Part shown: one piece after another, positions 15,110-30,290 of the stretch | How the letters are laid out: each line of letters begins with the position of its first letter | Numbering within the stretch: the first letter of the stretch is position 1 | Origin: the human T2T-CHM13v2.0 reference genome, Homo sapiens | Reading direction: 5' to 3' (one strand) | NCBI RefSeq assembly: GCF_009914755.1 | Contig: NC_060931.1 | DNA: 64,000 nucleotides | The notes under the pieces: generated by a model | The model's input: the letters and a program-made list of their open reading frames with translations, nothing else | The model's database searches: none | Told to the model about the DNA's origin: nothing | Translations under genes and position numbers: made by a program

Positions 15110-18100
15110 TCCCCTCCTCTACTAGAACCCTATAGAGATATAGGTCTAGTGCCTATAAAGACAAAATCAATAAGCTGCAATCAAAATGCCTAAAAAGGAA
15201 CTACTGTTTAATAAAATGTACTTTATGTTTAATGTGTCTGAAGGCACTTTGTAATCTGTGAAGCACTACACAAGTGCTAAATGGTTTAGCTAATGAGACA
15301 ATGAATCGTACAATAAAAATGCAAAGCATTTCACCAAAAAAAGAACCTTCCTTGTTCAAGACACACCTTTTAATATCTTCCCTGGTACAGCCAGAAAGGG
15401 TTAAGTGTTCTCTCTTTTGTGCCTGCAGTACATTTTGCACTTCTAGTACTCCAATTATGAGATCTAATTCTTTATTTTTGCATGCCCATTTCTTCTACTG
15501 GACTGTAACCTCCTTGATGACAGGTATTATTTTTCTTTGTGTCTTTAGACTGTAATATAATATCTGTCACATACTAAGCATAAATCCATATTTGTTAAAT
15601 GAAAAAATGGAGAGGTGTCTACAGGCATGGTCATGCACCAAAAGGCTTTATAAGCATAGGTGAACAATTCTGTTTTTCAAAGACTCATCAGCCTCTGAAA
15701 GACAATGTGAAGGAAATCTGTTTTTCCATTTTTAATCTCCATACTGAACAGTTCTCTATTCCAATGAACCATTTCTGGGAAGGCCTTCTTACCATTCCAT
15801 TTTTTTTCCTTCTGTCTGAAAAGTCTAACCTTCTATCTGAAACTTTGAAGCCCCTAACTTCCTCTTTGATCACACATTCTTTTTAATCTACTTTTTGTGT
15901 ATGAGTATTTATTTTTGTCAATCTAAAGAGCATGAGCCTTCTTTAACTTGAAATGTTAGAAAATTACTTTACATAAAGAGAAGAAATGCTAAAATTTAAT
16001 TTTCTTTTTGTCTTTTAAATCACCATACATTTATGTATGTATTTTTTTAACATGAGTAGGTAAAAACAATAAAGATATATTTTCAAGAGGTCAAAAAACC
16101 CATTGATATCCTCTTTCGTCATAGAATTTCTTTATGAATGAGTCAAATTTTTTCCACGCTAATTTTATAAAGAAAAAATAGTCACCATTAAACTTTATCT
16201 TATTTGAATAGCAATATCATCCTTGTTTAGTATCATTAGTTTTCATCCCATTTGAATTTTTTTGTTTATCTCATTTTTAACTTCTTACCTCACTGGCTAA
16301 TTTCTGTTTTTACTGGCATTTTCCAGGAATTCCACATTTAGTTTCATTTGCAAATTTTCTTATTAATCTGGTTGATTCATCTTATGGAATATGAATTTAA
16401 TTGTTTAAATATTAAAACATAGTATTGGTTTCTTCATTCCCTGCTAGTCCCACTAACAAAAAAACGTATCTCATTTAATTTGGTACCTTGTTTCTCGTTG
16501 TGGTTTGTATGAAGTTGTGACTGCTGGGAACTTTGCATGAGTCTAATTCTATGAAGTGAAGGAAAAAAAATCTCTTCTACTTATAGATTTGTGCTTAATA
16601 GGTAAATTTTTATTTTAAGTACTGTTTTGGATTAATATCACAGTATGCAAGGAGGACAATACTCCTGCCTTCACTTTTAAACTTTAGCAGTGATTTGGTT
16701 TTAAAACTTACAGACAATTTAGTCATATAGGCTAAATAGAAAAAATAGACATGCAAAAATCAAGAACATAGTGCTTCCGGATAGGAACTAATAGCAGAAA
16801 CAAACCACAGTAATCACAACAGCTTCCTTTTATTGAGAATTTACAATATGTTAAGTATTTTCCCAGGTCCTGTTTGTAATAATAGTTAGAGCTGACTATG
16901 TACCAGGATGGCTCTGGTGCCTAACAAACATTAACACGATTATTCAACGCTACAGCACAGGACCAAGAGAACTTCTGCATTTTACCCAAGAAAACAAAGG
17001 CACCAAGTCAACCAACTTATAAACATTTGAGCCAAGATTACAACCCAGACTATCTGACTCCAGAACTTTAATCCTGTGCTTTTTTCTTCTCATGCATACT
17101 TCATAACAATCCTATTGGTTTGTTATTTCAGCCTCATTTTACATATAAAATAAGTCTCAACTGGAATGAAGAATGTACCACAATGCCCACAGCTGCTAAG
17201 CGGTAGAGCTCAGATTTGAACCTCTGCAGTTTGATTGCAAGGCCTGTGCATTTCCCACAGTACCAGTGAAAAGATTCAATGAGAGGTGAGAGCAGAGGCC
17301 CAACTCCTGCTGGTCCTTCAATATGAGGCAAGCTTTCTGTTCCCAACTCTACTATCCTGATTTGCATCATAGCTACTCCAAATCTGTGTGTTGTTCTCTC
17401 CACATGTCAAGGTGGTCAAGGTGTGTGCTTTCTAATAATTGAAATATAGTTGATCTTGATTTAAAAAAAAAAACAACAACAACGTTATTTCCAGAGGATT
17501 TGGTAAGTTGTGTCTCATGCAATATTCTGCTCCTAAGTCCTGTACACTGAAGAATTAATGAGTCAAGTCTCAGAATTGGCAGTTAATCATAATCAGTCAG
17601 AACAGCTGTAATAAGAACAAGTTGCCCATTTAATTAAAGATATCACTTCCTATCTTATTTTATTAATGACCACTTACTACTTCCCTTATTTCAAGAAGTG
17701 AATACAACATTACTGGGATACTCAGAAAATCATTTGCTTGGTATTCTAGGCATCTTTTCTTTGAGTATTGTCTTACTCTCCCTATCCTGCTTTATGAGTT
17801 GATAGTGGTATCAGTTAATGTAATTTTTCAATGGATCTCTTCTGCAGTCACCTGTTGAACAGAAAGAAAATACTGTCTTGTCAGGAGTAATTCCGTATAG
17901 CTCCTAAGTTCTCATTCATTATCTTGGCAATATTTCCTCTATATACCATCTGAGCTCAGCTAGGCTGTAGAAACCAGCCACCATCCAAAACTTGTCACAT
18001 AACAATCAGATCTGTCGAAACAATTCTGAAGACTATGAGCTTCACTTTGTCATAATTAAATGATCCCTTTTACCCATTGCTAAAAATATTGCATGCCTCC

Positions 18101-20859
18101 TGACTTTGTTTAATTGTTCTCAAAGAGCAATTTTGTAGACTGTCATTTCACTTAAAGTTTTTGAAGAGCCAGCTCTCAGGCAGAAACTGAAATGATGAAG
18201 CTCAAAAGATTAGCATACAAACCAAAAGAGCAGTAATACTAACGAAGTCAAATACACTGCTCTTGGCTTGATTTCCAGCTGTGAGATTTGAACTCTAAGC
18301 TCCCTCTCAAGCTCCACCCTTTCTGAGAATCTTATTCCGGGACAGAACATCAACTTCTTAGCTGCTCAGTTACAGGAGCTTATAGGCCCTGAGGTTAATT
18401 TCTGCCTGGATCATGCTCTATGGCTTTACTCAGTCTAAAATCTGATGCCAAAGAATGTTTAATGAGTTCCAAAGAGGCAATCACCAGCACAGAAGTGAAT
18501 TTAAATTTCATACTAATGCCAGCTAGTGCTTCATGGGCAGAACTGCAGCCAACCAACCTACATTTCATAGCTGTCTCCTCATCATATGCATTTGGACTTT
18601 CTTCCATGCCACTAGCACCTCAATTTGTTTTTAAAGCACATTGTTCCAAAGTACAGGTTTTAATGTTTTATACAGGTATCAGGTTTTGATTTAGTCTGAG
18701 AGTTTTCTAGTTTTTTTTACAAAGCATATTAATTATGTGCTTCCCACCCCCAATTCTCTCCACTTTCACTAAGGAAAAATAAGAACACTTAAATGCATAA
18801 ACTATAATCTGGCATGGAAATATCTAATTTTTCCTGATTACAATAAAAGATGAAATAACTATTATTGTGTTTTATTTTGCCACTGTTGATCACTGTGGTT
18901 TAAAGACCACTAATCAATTTCTAAGACCTTCAAATTGTCAAAAAGGGAGTCCAAATGATAGATCAGAGGAAATATACCAAGTGCACATACGCATCACAGC
19001 CAGCCAGGTCAGTGCCAGGTTGATGATAATATTCACTATGCTTAAATTGGGCAGTTTTCCTAATTTTCAGAATTCTCGTGGCTTGTGCAATTGGCAAGGT
19101 GGTAGCAATGCAAATAAGCTATCTTTATAATACTGACCTGGTACTATTGATTTCTCTCAAAAGGGATTAAATAATGCGGTTTTATATAGTGATCCCATAA
19201 GGCATGAGCTGAACCTAAAAATAGTATAATTCTACTACCAAAGATCTTTGGTTTTTATCTAAACCAGTGGAAAGAGTCATATAAGAAATGCATTATTTGA
19301 ATCATTTATTCATGTTTGTTCATAGACACAATAAATATTTATTGAATGTCATTGTGCTCCAGACATTTTAGGTATCAGATGAGGTGATAAAAACCCTTAG
19401 AAACAGAATCCATTAACAAGAGGTTACCAATTGCAAGCATAGTCGACTAAACCAGAAAAAAAAAATCAAATAAAGGAAGTTAAGGGATATCTAATTTTGT
19501 GCTGGTAAAATATCCTAATACTGCTCCTCAGTAAGTTTAAGAATCAAGGGAGAGTAGTCCACTCTCCTAGGAGCTGCTCAACTAACGCAGAATCTCTCCC
19601 TGTCATACCAGCCCTGATCTCACTAGAAGGTTTGGTCTGTTTTACTCAAAGCTGCATCCGTGGTGACTGAGTGAGGTTGGGCACAGAACTGAAGAAAACA
19701 AGCATGAATATGTGTCCCTGGGAGTTAGCACAGGGCCTGTTTTCCTGCCAAAGGCTTTCATGGGACAGGTGGAAAGGGAGGGGGCTCCTGGTGTGAGCCA
19801 AGACTGTAAGTTTCTACGTGAAGAGTTTGGAAACTACATTTTATTACATACCACCATATGGCTACTCCACTGACATAACTTCAGAATTCTGTGGTACTAT
19901 ATGCACTCAATATCAATGATTCTCTGAGACACATTCACTTAACACTTTGAGCATAATTCTATCAGAGTTATAATTTCTTTTAACATCAGCTTTTAACCAG
20001 CTTCACAAAAGAGACCATACTAATTACCACTTTTCCACTGAGTAAGCCCAGGTTTGATTACTTTGAAAATACTTTTACCTTGAGGATTTAAAAAAAAAAA
20101 AACTTTCTTAAAACAAGTATTCAAATCTTCCCTCGTTGAGGACTTAGTGATGAATATTGAACTTTGGAATTATGAAACTTTCATATAGAACAGAGGGAGC
20201 CATTTTTAGTTTGGTAATTGGCCATGGATATAAGGAAAATGACTGTAAAAGAAACTTTTGAAATCAACTATAATCCAGTGATAGAGGTTTTTTCTGGAAT
20301 TCCATAAAAAGGAAAGAAGGATAAGATCCTCATCAAATTGCTTTCAGTCTTCTGTCTTATGAGCGCAGTCCTATTATCGCTCCCAATTCTGTTTAATATA
20401 AGGTGATTCATTAATGCCAAGACATACACTATGAAAAAGTGTAAAACCCAAGTGACAGCAAATCTACATTTACTGCTTGATATAAATCCTATGTTATTTG
20501 TGTCTTTAATTATATTTTCCTTAATTAAATTACAAACCATTTCGGGTAGCTGGACATGACATTAGTTTGTGAATAAACAATTTGTATGGCACAAATGCTT
20601 TGAAAGAAGGAAATTACTCTGATGTAAAAAAGATATCGATAGGACATAGTCTGGGTTCTGAATATAAAATGAAAGATTTCAAATACATTTTTTTTCTTAT
20701 TGGATATTTTCACTCCATTAAGTTTAAGACATAATTGGATTTTCCCCGAAAATAATCAAGCTCAAAAATCAAAATACCTTTTCACATGGGTTTTGCATAA
20801 TTCAAGAATCTTGTTCATATATTTCTTTAGAAAGTTCTGTGTAAGCATATTCATGCTGC

Positions 20860-21740
20860 TATTATTCAACACATATTTGTCAAGCATTTACTACATACAT
20901 GGAGTACTAAGTACTACTAAAATTGTAAAGATGAGCTAGTGGTGAAACCTATTTTTAAGGCATGGTTGTGGGAGAGATAAGAAATGCACATAAATAGCCA
21001 AATACAAGCAAGAAAACAGTTTTTCAACAATATAAAAGCAGTTTCTGGTTAAATGATGCCAATGTTCAGAGAAGAAGAAATGATCTTCACCCAAGTTCAG
21101 AGGAGTGGGGGAGTTTTTCAGCTGAGATAGCACTGAAGCTAAGCCTTGGCAAACAGGTAGGATTTACATACATGGAGTTCAGGGAAGGGAAATCTAAGTA
21201 GAGGGAAAAGGTGTCCAAGCTATAGAGGCAAGGCACTATTCTAAACAGTGGTGATATTAAAGAGACCATAACAGGCACAAAGTCGTGTTTTCATGGAGCT
21301 TATGTTTTCGGGAGGAAGCAAGATAAATGTAATTAGTAGGTAAATCATATGGTATATTAGAAGGTAATAAGCACGTGGAGAAAAGGAAATCTAGGAAAGG
21401 GAGATGGGGAATGTGGTTTCCATTAGAAATAAGGTAATCAGCATAGGCCACAAAACAAAGACGACATTTAAACATGTCAATGAGAAAGAAAGCCCAAAGA
21501 TCACACTGGAAAGAGCTGAAGCATAAGGGGAGCGTTGGTTGATGAAATTGTTGGCAGAATAAGGATAGATTGCAGAGGGCCTCAAATGCCAAGCTAGGGA
21601 GTTTGGATTTTATTTTATAGGCACTGGGGAGATGTTAAAGATTTTTGAGGAAAGATTAAAAAAGACCTGGACTGTGCTTTATATAGATGATGCTGGCAGA
21701 TAGTTTAAAGGGAAGAGAGAGAGGAAGGAGGCAGGGAGAA
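20860..21740 (-). mobile_element. L2 fragments
   Basis: attcaacacatatttgtcaagcatttacta terminus and gggagtttggattttattttataggcactggggag L2 body motifs. Confidence 0.6.
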
Positions 21741-21821
21741 CTCCTGCTACTTCCTCCAAAGAAAAATTTGATTTATATAAACAATTTTTCTTCATTCATT
21801 TAAGAAATACATATTGAGAAT

Positions 21822-22420
21822 TTTTTTTCATACTTCAAGTTCTGGGATACATGTGCAGAACACGGAGGCTTGTTATATAGGTATACACGTGCCATGGTGG
21901 TTTGCTGCACCCATCAACCTGTCATCTACATTAGGTATTTCTCCTAATGCTATCCCTCCTCTAGCCCCCAACCCCGACAGGCCCTGGTATGTGATGTTCC
22001 CCTCCCCATCTCCATGTGTTTTCACTGTTCATCTCCCACTTATGAATGAGAATATGCAGTGTTTGGTTTTCTGTTCTTGTGTTAGTTTGCTGAGAATGAT
22101 GGTTTCCAGCTTCATCTATGTCCTGGCAGAAGATATGAACTCACCCTTTTTTACGGCTGGATAGTATTCCATGGTGTATATGTGCCATATTTTCTTTAAC
22201 CAGTCTATCATTGATGGGTATTTGGGTTGGTTCCAAGTCTTTGCTATTGTGAACAGTGCTGCAATAAACATATGTGTGTACGTGTGCATGTGTCTTTATG
22301 GTAGAATGATTTATACTCCTTTGGGTATATACCCAGTAATGGGATTGCTGGGTCAAATGGTATTTCTGGTTCTAGATCCTTGAGGAATCACCACACTGTC
22401 TTCCACAATGGTTGAACTAA
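21822..22420 (-). mobile_element. L1PA (PA7/PA8-like) 5'-truncated 3' end
   Basis: tctgggatacatgtgcagaac...gtggtttgctgcacccatcaacc...gggtatatacccagtaatgggattgctgggtcaaatggtatttct...ccacaatggttgaactaa. Confidence 0.92.
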
Positions 22421-23898
22421 CGAATTGACAGCAATTTTTATATGCCAAGACTGCTCCTGTCTTACAAGATAACTTCTGGAAACAAAACAGGCACTTCTCT
22501 TTCCAGATCCTGCATTCTAGTAGGGGGAGTCAGACAATACACATAACAAAAAACACAAGCAAATACATTAGGAAGATAAACTGTGGAGGGCAGCAGTGTT
22601 TCCTCTGGAGAACAGATATGGTGGGCTAGGGAAATCATAGGAATGTTGGGAGAATTGTGAGGCTGGAGGGCAGGTTTAGTATTAAATTTTCGCTCTTGCA
22701 AAGCAATATTCACACTTCTAAAGAAGTGTTATAAAGGTTTCTATAATATGCTGATATACGACAGATATAATGAAAAACAAGAAAGCACTTAAATTTTACA
22801 TCAATATAATCCAATGGCTAAAGAAACACAAAAGTATTTCCAAATCTCACATCTTGTCTATATGAATAATGATGTATGTTACTCATAAGTTAGAGAGAAA
22901 TCCTAAGAGTAAATAATGTTAAAGATTTGTCTCTCTAGACAGAACACAGACAAATCTAACCCATGGGAGAAATACACTGGACTTTAAATGATAGAGAAAA
23001 AGAATATGCTTCTAGAGGTCTTGATTCCCATAAGAAATGAGATAACCACTTGTTCCCTGATATATAATGGCTAAGTACAAAACTTTGTAAAAAGTTTCAG
23101 AAAATTAATGATTACGTCAACTTTAATTTCAAGGCATCATTGTTGTTCTAATGACAAAGTATTTCCCCAAAAGCACTGGTTAGAAATTTTTCAATATTTT
23201 CCAGCAAAATAATTACAGGCCAGATCAATACACATATTGTAATGATTTTCATCCATGAAACTTTCACATTATTCCTAAAATTAGACTTGGAAATGGACAA
23301 ACACGTTCTTGTAATTGTATTCTTTAGAGAAGTCTTTTGACTCACGCTCAGCAAAAGGACGACAGAAGTCCAGCAAACCTCACACGAATGACCTAATTGG
23401 CCCTCTCAAGCTTCCAAATTTAGATTACTTTATTCATTTAGCAATTACAATTTAATGCTTCCCTACTGCAATGAAATATGATGGCTACTACTCAATTGTG
23501 GTATCACAGAAAGATTGCCCACCTTAGGAACAGACTGCATGATACCAAGTAATATATTTTAACAGCAACAAAGGGAATTTCTGCTTTTGATAATGGTGAA
23601 GTAATTCACAACAGAACAATCTCCTGGAGATAACAACTATCAACTCAGGACAAACTATAATATATGATTATCTGGAAGCACTGGGAAACAACCAAAAGTA
23701 CACAGAAACTAGAAAAAAGGTAATGGCACCAGGTAAGTATCCCAGTGTTCTAATTTTTTGCCACAGGGCAGACACACGTGTGGCACCATGCAGAATGGCT
23801 TGAAGTTGCATAGAAGTTCTATTGTTTTATGGCTTGAACAATGAGAGATCAGACTTATAGTCTACTACAGACAGTAGAAAGTAGAGGAGGAAATCCTG

Positions 23899-24718
<820 letters not shown>

Positions 24719-24949
24719 TGTCTGGAAAGGAAAGAGCCACAGAGGGCAGCCTCAAATTCTGCATTTAAATTCTGTCCAAATATCTGGCTAAGTCCTGAAC
24801 TACCTCTGTCTATGCAGAGTCCAGGCAGCCTGGTTAAAGTTAAAAAGGCTCAAATATTTTAGCTGCTGCCTACTATAGATAAGACAGAATTTAGACATGC
24901 CTGCTTTTAAACATGTCACTCATTTAGAAATTTCAGGGATTAACCACCT

Positions 24950-26040
24950 GCTAAAACAAAAAATAAACATTTTTCAGAAGACACAACAGAAAGCAAAATA
25001 ATATCCAGGACAGAATGAGACATATGAAGAAACAAGAAAATATCACTCATACTCAAGAATAAAAGAAATCAATGAGAATGACCACAAGATGACCAGTATG
25101 ATGGAATTAGTTAACAGTTATTTTAAGGCAGCTATTATAATTATGATCAAGGACATAAAGGAAAATAGTAATCAATAAACAGACAGGAAATCTCTGAAGA
25201 AAAATACAAATGAAAATATAATAGAAATTCTAAGAGTAAAAAATTTAGTATCTGAAAAAAAAATTTGCTAGCTGGGCTTTGTAGCAGATAATAGACCAGA
25301 TAATCAGTAAATTCGAAATAAGATTAATAAAAACCATCCAACTTTAAGTCTTAAAAAAATCAAAGAAATAAACAGCACCTCTGTGACCTGTGAGACAATA
25401 TTAAAGATATGACATATGGATCACTGGATTCATAAGAGGGGAAGAGAGAAAGAATGTGGCAGAAAAAATATTTAAATACATAATAGCCAAAAATTTCCTG
25501 AATTTGTTAAGAGACATACATTTACAGGTTCCAGTATCTCAGGAAACTGCAGGAAGAGTTTCTAAAAATTCAAATCAAACTAACTGATTACAACTAGTTA
25601 CGGATTTCTTTGTTCTTTCTTCACTCCCACTGCTTCACTTAACTAGCAAAAAAAAAAAAAATCAAATCATAACCAATTCAATCTCAACTTTTTGAAAACG
25701 ATAAATAAGAGAAAACTTCAACACAGAGAAAAAGACATATTATACAGAGGGAAGTATGGTACAAATGATGGCTAAATTCTCCTCAGAGACAATGGAGGCC
25801 AGAAAAGTCGGGTGATAGAAAAAACTCTATACTGAGAATTTTATACCTAGTAAAAGTATCCTTCAAGACTGAAGGTGAAATAAAGACTAAGTAAAAATCA
25901 TCACTTGTGGTATACAGACCCACACTTTAAAATATGGTAAAGGAATTTCTTCAGCCAGAGAAAACTGATATCTGATGGAAACTTGCATATTTAGGAAGAA
26001 ATGAGCACAAGAAATGGTACATATATATAAAAATATTAAA
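24950..26040 (+). mobile_element. Ancient L1M 5'/ORF1 region (degenerate)
   Basis: A-rich with L1M ORF1 motifs (ggaattag...ttttaaggcagctattataattatgatcaaggac; gtgacctgtgagacaatattaa; ttctcctcagagacaatggaggccagaa). Confidence 0.7.
25578..25661 (+). pseudogene. Y3 RNA (RNY3) processed pseudogene, 5'-truncated
   Basis: 25578-25647 matches the 3' 70 nt of hY3 as recalled (about 7 transitions), followed by A14. Flanked by TSD-like tcaaatca (25570-25577 and 25662-25669). Confidence 0.9.
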
Positions 26041-26043
26041 ACT

Positions 26044-26428
<385 letters not shown>

Positions 26429-27526
26429 TCACTGACATTTCCACATTAAGTTAAAATGATTTTGCAGAGTATAGCCTGTACACATCAAAATCCTTAGAGG
26501 CTCTAAAACTGTATCAAGTTGAGCAGCAAGTATTAGCTTTAAGGACATTGCTTGTTAGCATCAGCCAATTAGATATTCTGGACACAAATAGGGAACACAC
26601 TTGGGCAATCAATATAAAAAGCATCTCTTTTGTGAAATTAATTGGAAAATTAGATTTTGTGCCTAAGTATAAATTCTAAACGATTCACTAAAATGGATCA
26701 AAACAGCTTTCAAACTAACCACTTCTGTTGACTAAGTCAGCTTCCTTCACCACTTGCATCTTAATTTTAAAACAAATTAAAAGACACCAGAGAATGAAGG
26801 CAAATATCCTGATATTTCAGGTCTGCTTCCTGAGGAAGTCCTTTTATATTTTAGTTACCAAGTTATCTGCTTTAATGTCCCTCATTGCTTTAGCATGCCT
26901 TTTTTCACCTTGACGGATGGTCTCTATTATGAAAAATGTATTATAAAGCTCGGAATTTGCTTTCATATGCACTGAAATTCAACCTTTGCAGGCCAAAGTA
27001 ATATCATTTACACTATGTTCCACATATTATTACTTAAGTTAGCAGAGCGTTTGAAGATGGGAAGTTTAAAAATATGCTTTTCTGAAAGGGTAAGAATTTA
27101 TCAGAACGGGAGAGACACTAAATGATCCTGAGCTCAAGAATAACTTTTTGTAAGTATGTACGGTGGAAAAAAACACTAGACAGAAATTAGGAGTCTTGGA
27201 TTCTAGTTTGGCCTCAGTGGTAACTATGGCAGCTTAGGAAAATCATTTGGTTTCATTTGTTTTTGGAAACATACGTACTCGAGTATTTTGAATATTCATT
27301 CATATAACGCAGTGGTTTAATGTATATTTGCAATGGGAAAGCTGAATTCTATGAAAATTTTTTTGATTTCACTTTTAAGCATGTTTCAAAGAGTCTATGG
27401 GCTTAAATACGTGTTTCATTTAATGTAATAAAAGCACCCAGAATATGTGAAAACAAAAATCATGATTTTGGGGCCAGGTGTGTCTTCAAGGAAAAAGGCT
27501 TGTGTATCTACACAGCAGACAAATAC

Positions 27527-27636
27527 CTCTGAAAGTCTGATCCACAAACAGCATGAAGAAATTCAACTGGTGATTTGACAAAATAATTTCAGGCACCAGT
27601 TGATGGTATGGTTGGTGGAACTTGTAACTCCTGATT
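27527..27636 (-). other. Candidate internal exon (110 nt) of the minus-strand gene
   Basis: Acceptor cttacatttttggcag|AAT and donor GAG|gtattt in unique sequence. Only one frame is open throughout, and it is in phase with the ATG in the candidate first exon. Confidence 0.55.
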
Positions 27637-28589
27637 CTGCCAAAAATGTAAGTTCATATGCCAAAGGCATATAGTTTGATGTAAAATTTGGAAGTATAGC
27701 TGCTTTTGTTTGATCACCCAAATAAGTATGTTCCCCTATAGAACACCCCAGCTCAATAAACAAATTTGCCATTAGCAAAAATTCAAGCACTGTCAAAATT
27801 GTGTTGCTTCCTCCTATTGCCAAAGCTTTTGCACTGTGGGTGCAAGAGGGTTGTAGCTTTTTATTTTATTAAATAAATATTTCCTTTTTATTTATTACCC
27901 CAAACACCATTATTAGTCTGCATCATAATTTTAAGAGTGTCAGAAACAACCAGAATCCATGTGAGAATTCTCCGGGATACTATAGGAAGAATGTAACTTC
28001 GAGGTCACTTACACTCAGTGTCAGGCACAATTCACATTTCTCAAACAAGATATATATCAGGTGGTGCTTGCCAGATAATGGAGGATGTGAGAAGCAGAGC
28101 TCAACTACCCCTGAAGGAGAGCACTGGCATGAGTCAGGCAGGAGATCAGAGCTCTAGCCAGCCAAGTGGGGATCCAAGTCTGGGATCCATTCATGTAAGC
28201 ATAAATTATTCCCCACTGTAATTATTGCAAAGACTGAAGTGGTTCTATCATTGCAAAAGTAAACTCAAGCATCAGTCTGGTAATATTAATGATGTGGATT
28301 AATAACAACACACTGTAAATAACTGTTTATTCTGTCATTTATTAATATAATATATTTAGTTATTTTTTTTTCTCTCTGGAGGCAATTGGGACTATAGGAG
28401 CAGCTGCAACAGCAGCATTTGCCATTTTGCCAGTTGTTCAGAGAATGAACCGATTAGTGGGAATGGGCAGCAATACACGCATTTGGCAGCTATGTTTGCA
28501 CAAAATGAGGGTACTTTTTAAAATAAGACACTTTGATGCGACATCATGGTACCTAAGAGTATTGTGGAAGAATCTGACATCAAATACTT

Positions 28590-30290
28590 TCTAACAGACA
28601 ACCATGGGATTCCTGTCCTCTACAATCCCAACTCAGCCCTTCAATCCTGCTGAGATCTTCAATATGCTGATCTCTCATCACACTCTTGTCACCTCATTTC
28701 TTACCCACCCAGCTTGAATTCTCCCATTTATCAGTGCAGTCACTTTAACGTATTCACCTTTATTTTTTTGCTCCTCTTGCTTCATCATTCACACAACCTT
28801 GATTAAATCCAGCTCTGTCATCTTATCTTACCAACATTGCTCAAAGTGGCTAGAGAAAAATGACCACTGATTTCAAGTGAGCCCTTAAAGCTACCTGCCA
28901 ATTATTCTGTAGACCACTCCCTTTCCCACTTTCCTAGACTTGAGAACTTCCCATTTCTCCTTAAAGTCTCTAATACATCTCCCACCATAATCTTGCTTCC
29001 TTCTTCACAGAGAAATTGCTGCAATCAGAAGAGAACTTTTAGAAGTTCCCACCACCAAATCTCTCCACCTAACTCCTTGTTTGCCCATAAGTGCAACCTT
29101 GTTCCTGTTAATATGAATGAATAGACCACATTCCTGGAAGAGGACAGCCTCTCTGTTTGTGCTCTGCATCTTATGCTCTAAGACCTACTTAAAGACATTG
29201 AAATCTCCCCTCCTCCCTCCCTCCCTCCTTCTCCCTCCTTCTCTCTCTCTCTCTCTCTCTCCATAATCATCAATTTCCTCTTCTCTCTTAAATCATTCTC
29301 TTTAACACACAAGCATGCTAAAATTTTTCATTTAGCTTAAAAAAATTCCACCTCTTGGCCCTCTTTCCTCTCTGGCTCCTGCCTTATTTCTCAAATATTT
29401 CTTCTTTTTATGGTAAAAAACAAAAAAATAAAGCAAAATAAAACTTAAAAGAATTATCTGAATTCTCTATCTCCATTTCCGTTTTATTATCTTGAACTCT
29501 CAATGTCACTAAAGCCAATGGACATTAGTGAGTCCTCATCTTATATGACTTAACAGCTGCACCTGATACAGTTGATCATTCTCTCTTTGAAGCACTTCTT
29601 CATTGGCTTTGAGGACACCACTCTCTCTCTTCTTCCTCCTCTCATTCTGGTGTGACTTCTTGGTCTCTTTTGCATATTCCTTCTTATCTCCTCAACTATT
29701 AAATACACCCTGGAGTTTAGTACAGAAAGTGTTCTTTTCTCTCCACACTCAGTCCTTAGATGATGCCATTCATCTCAGGGCTTTAAACACTATAATAAGC
29801 AGTTGACTCCCAAACGTGCATTTTACCATAGAGTTTGCTCCTGAATTCCAGAACGATACACCCAGCTGCCTACTTGACCAGTACTCTTGGATGACAAATA
29901 AGCATGGCAAACAGAGCATATTCTATCAAAGGTTTCTGTACCTTTCCACCCCACAGATAGCTCTCTCACTTCTCTTAACACTTGACTTAGTCATCTTAGT
30001 ATTGCCTGCTCTGGCCTCCCTTCTAAAAATCTCTTTCCCCCTTCCTCTGATTTGGGACATTTAACGGTCCTTTTTCCTACTTATTTTATTTTCCTCTTAG
30101 TAGTGATCACCACCTAACATTATAAATATTACATAAATATGTATATATTTTTACTGAGTTATCTTGTATCCTATTGGTCTCCCTCATACAAGACAGGGTT
30201 TTTTTTTCTGTTTTATTATATATCCCAAGCACCTGGAACAGTGCCTAAACTATAGCAGGCATTCAATACGTACTTGTAGTACGAATGAAG
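28590..30290 (+). mobile_element. L2 (long degenerate copy) with internal CT-rich tract ~29205-29262
   Basis: gtcctcatcttatatgacttaacagctgcacctgatacagttgatcattctctctttgaagcactt L2 ORF2 motif; 3' end ggaacagtgccta...gcattcaata...gaatgaa. Confidence 0.8.

Noticed and set aside
18395-18689. Overlapping ORFs (MEESPNAY..., MALLSLK...) considered as a processed pseudogene or ERV gag remnant
   Set aside because: No recognisable homology, poly(A), TSD or splice context; lengths are compatible with chance.
21814-22383. ORFs of 70-116 aa
   Set aside because: They lie in the L1PA 3' end.
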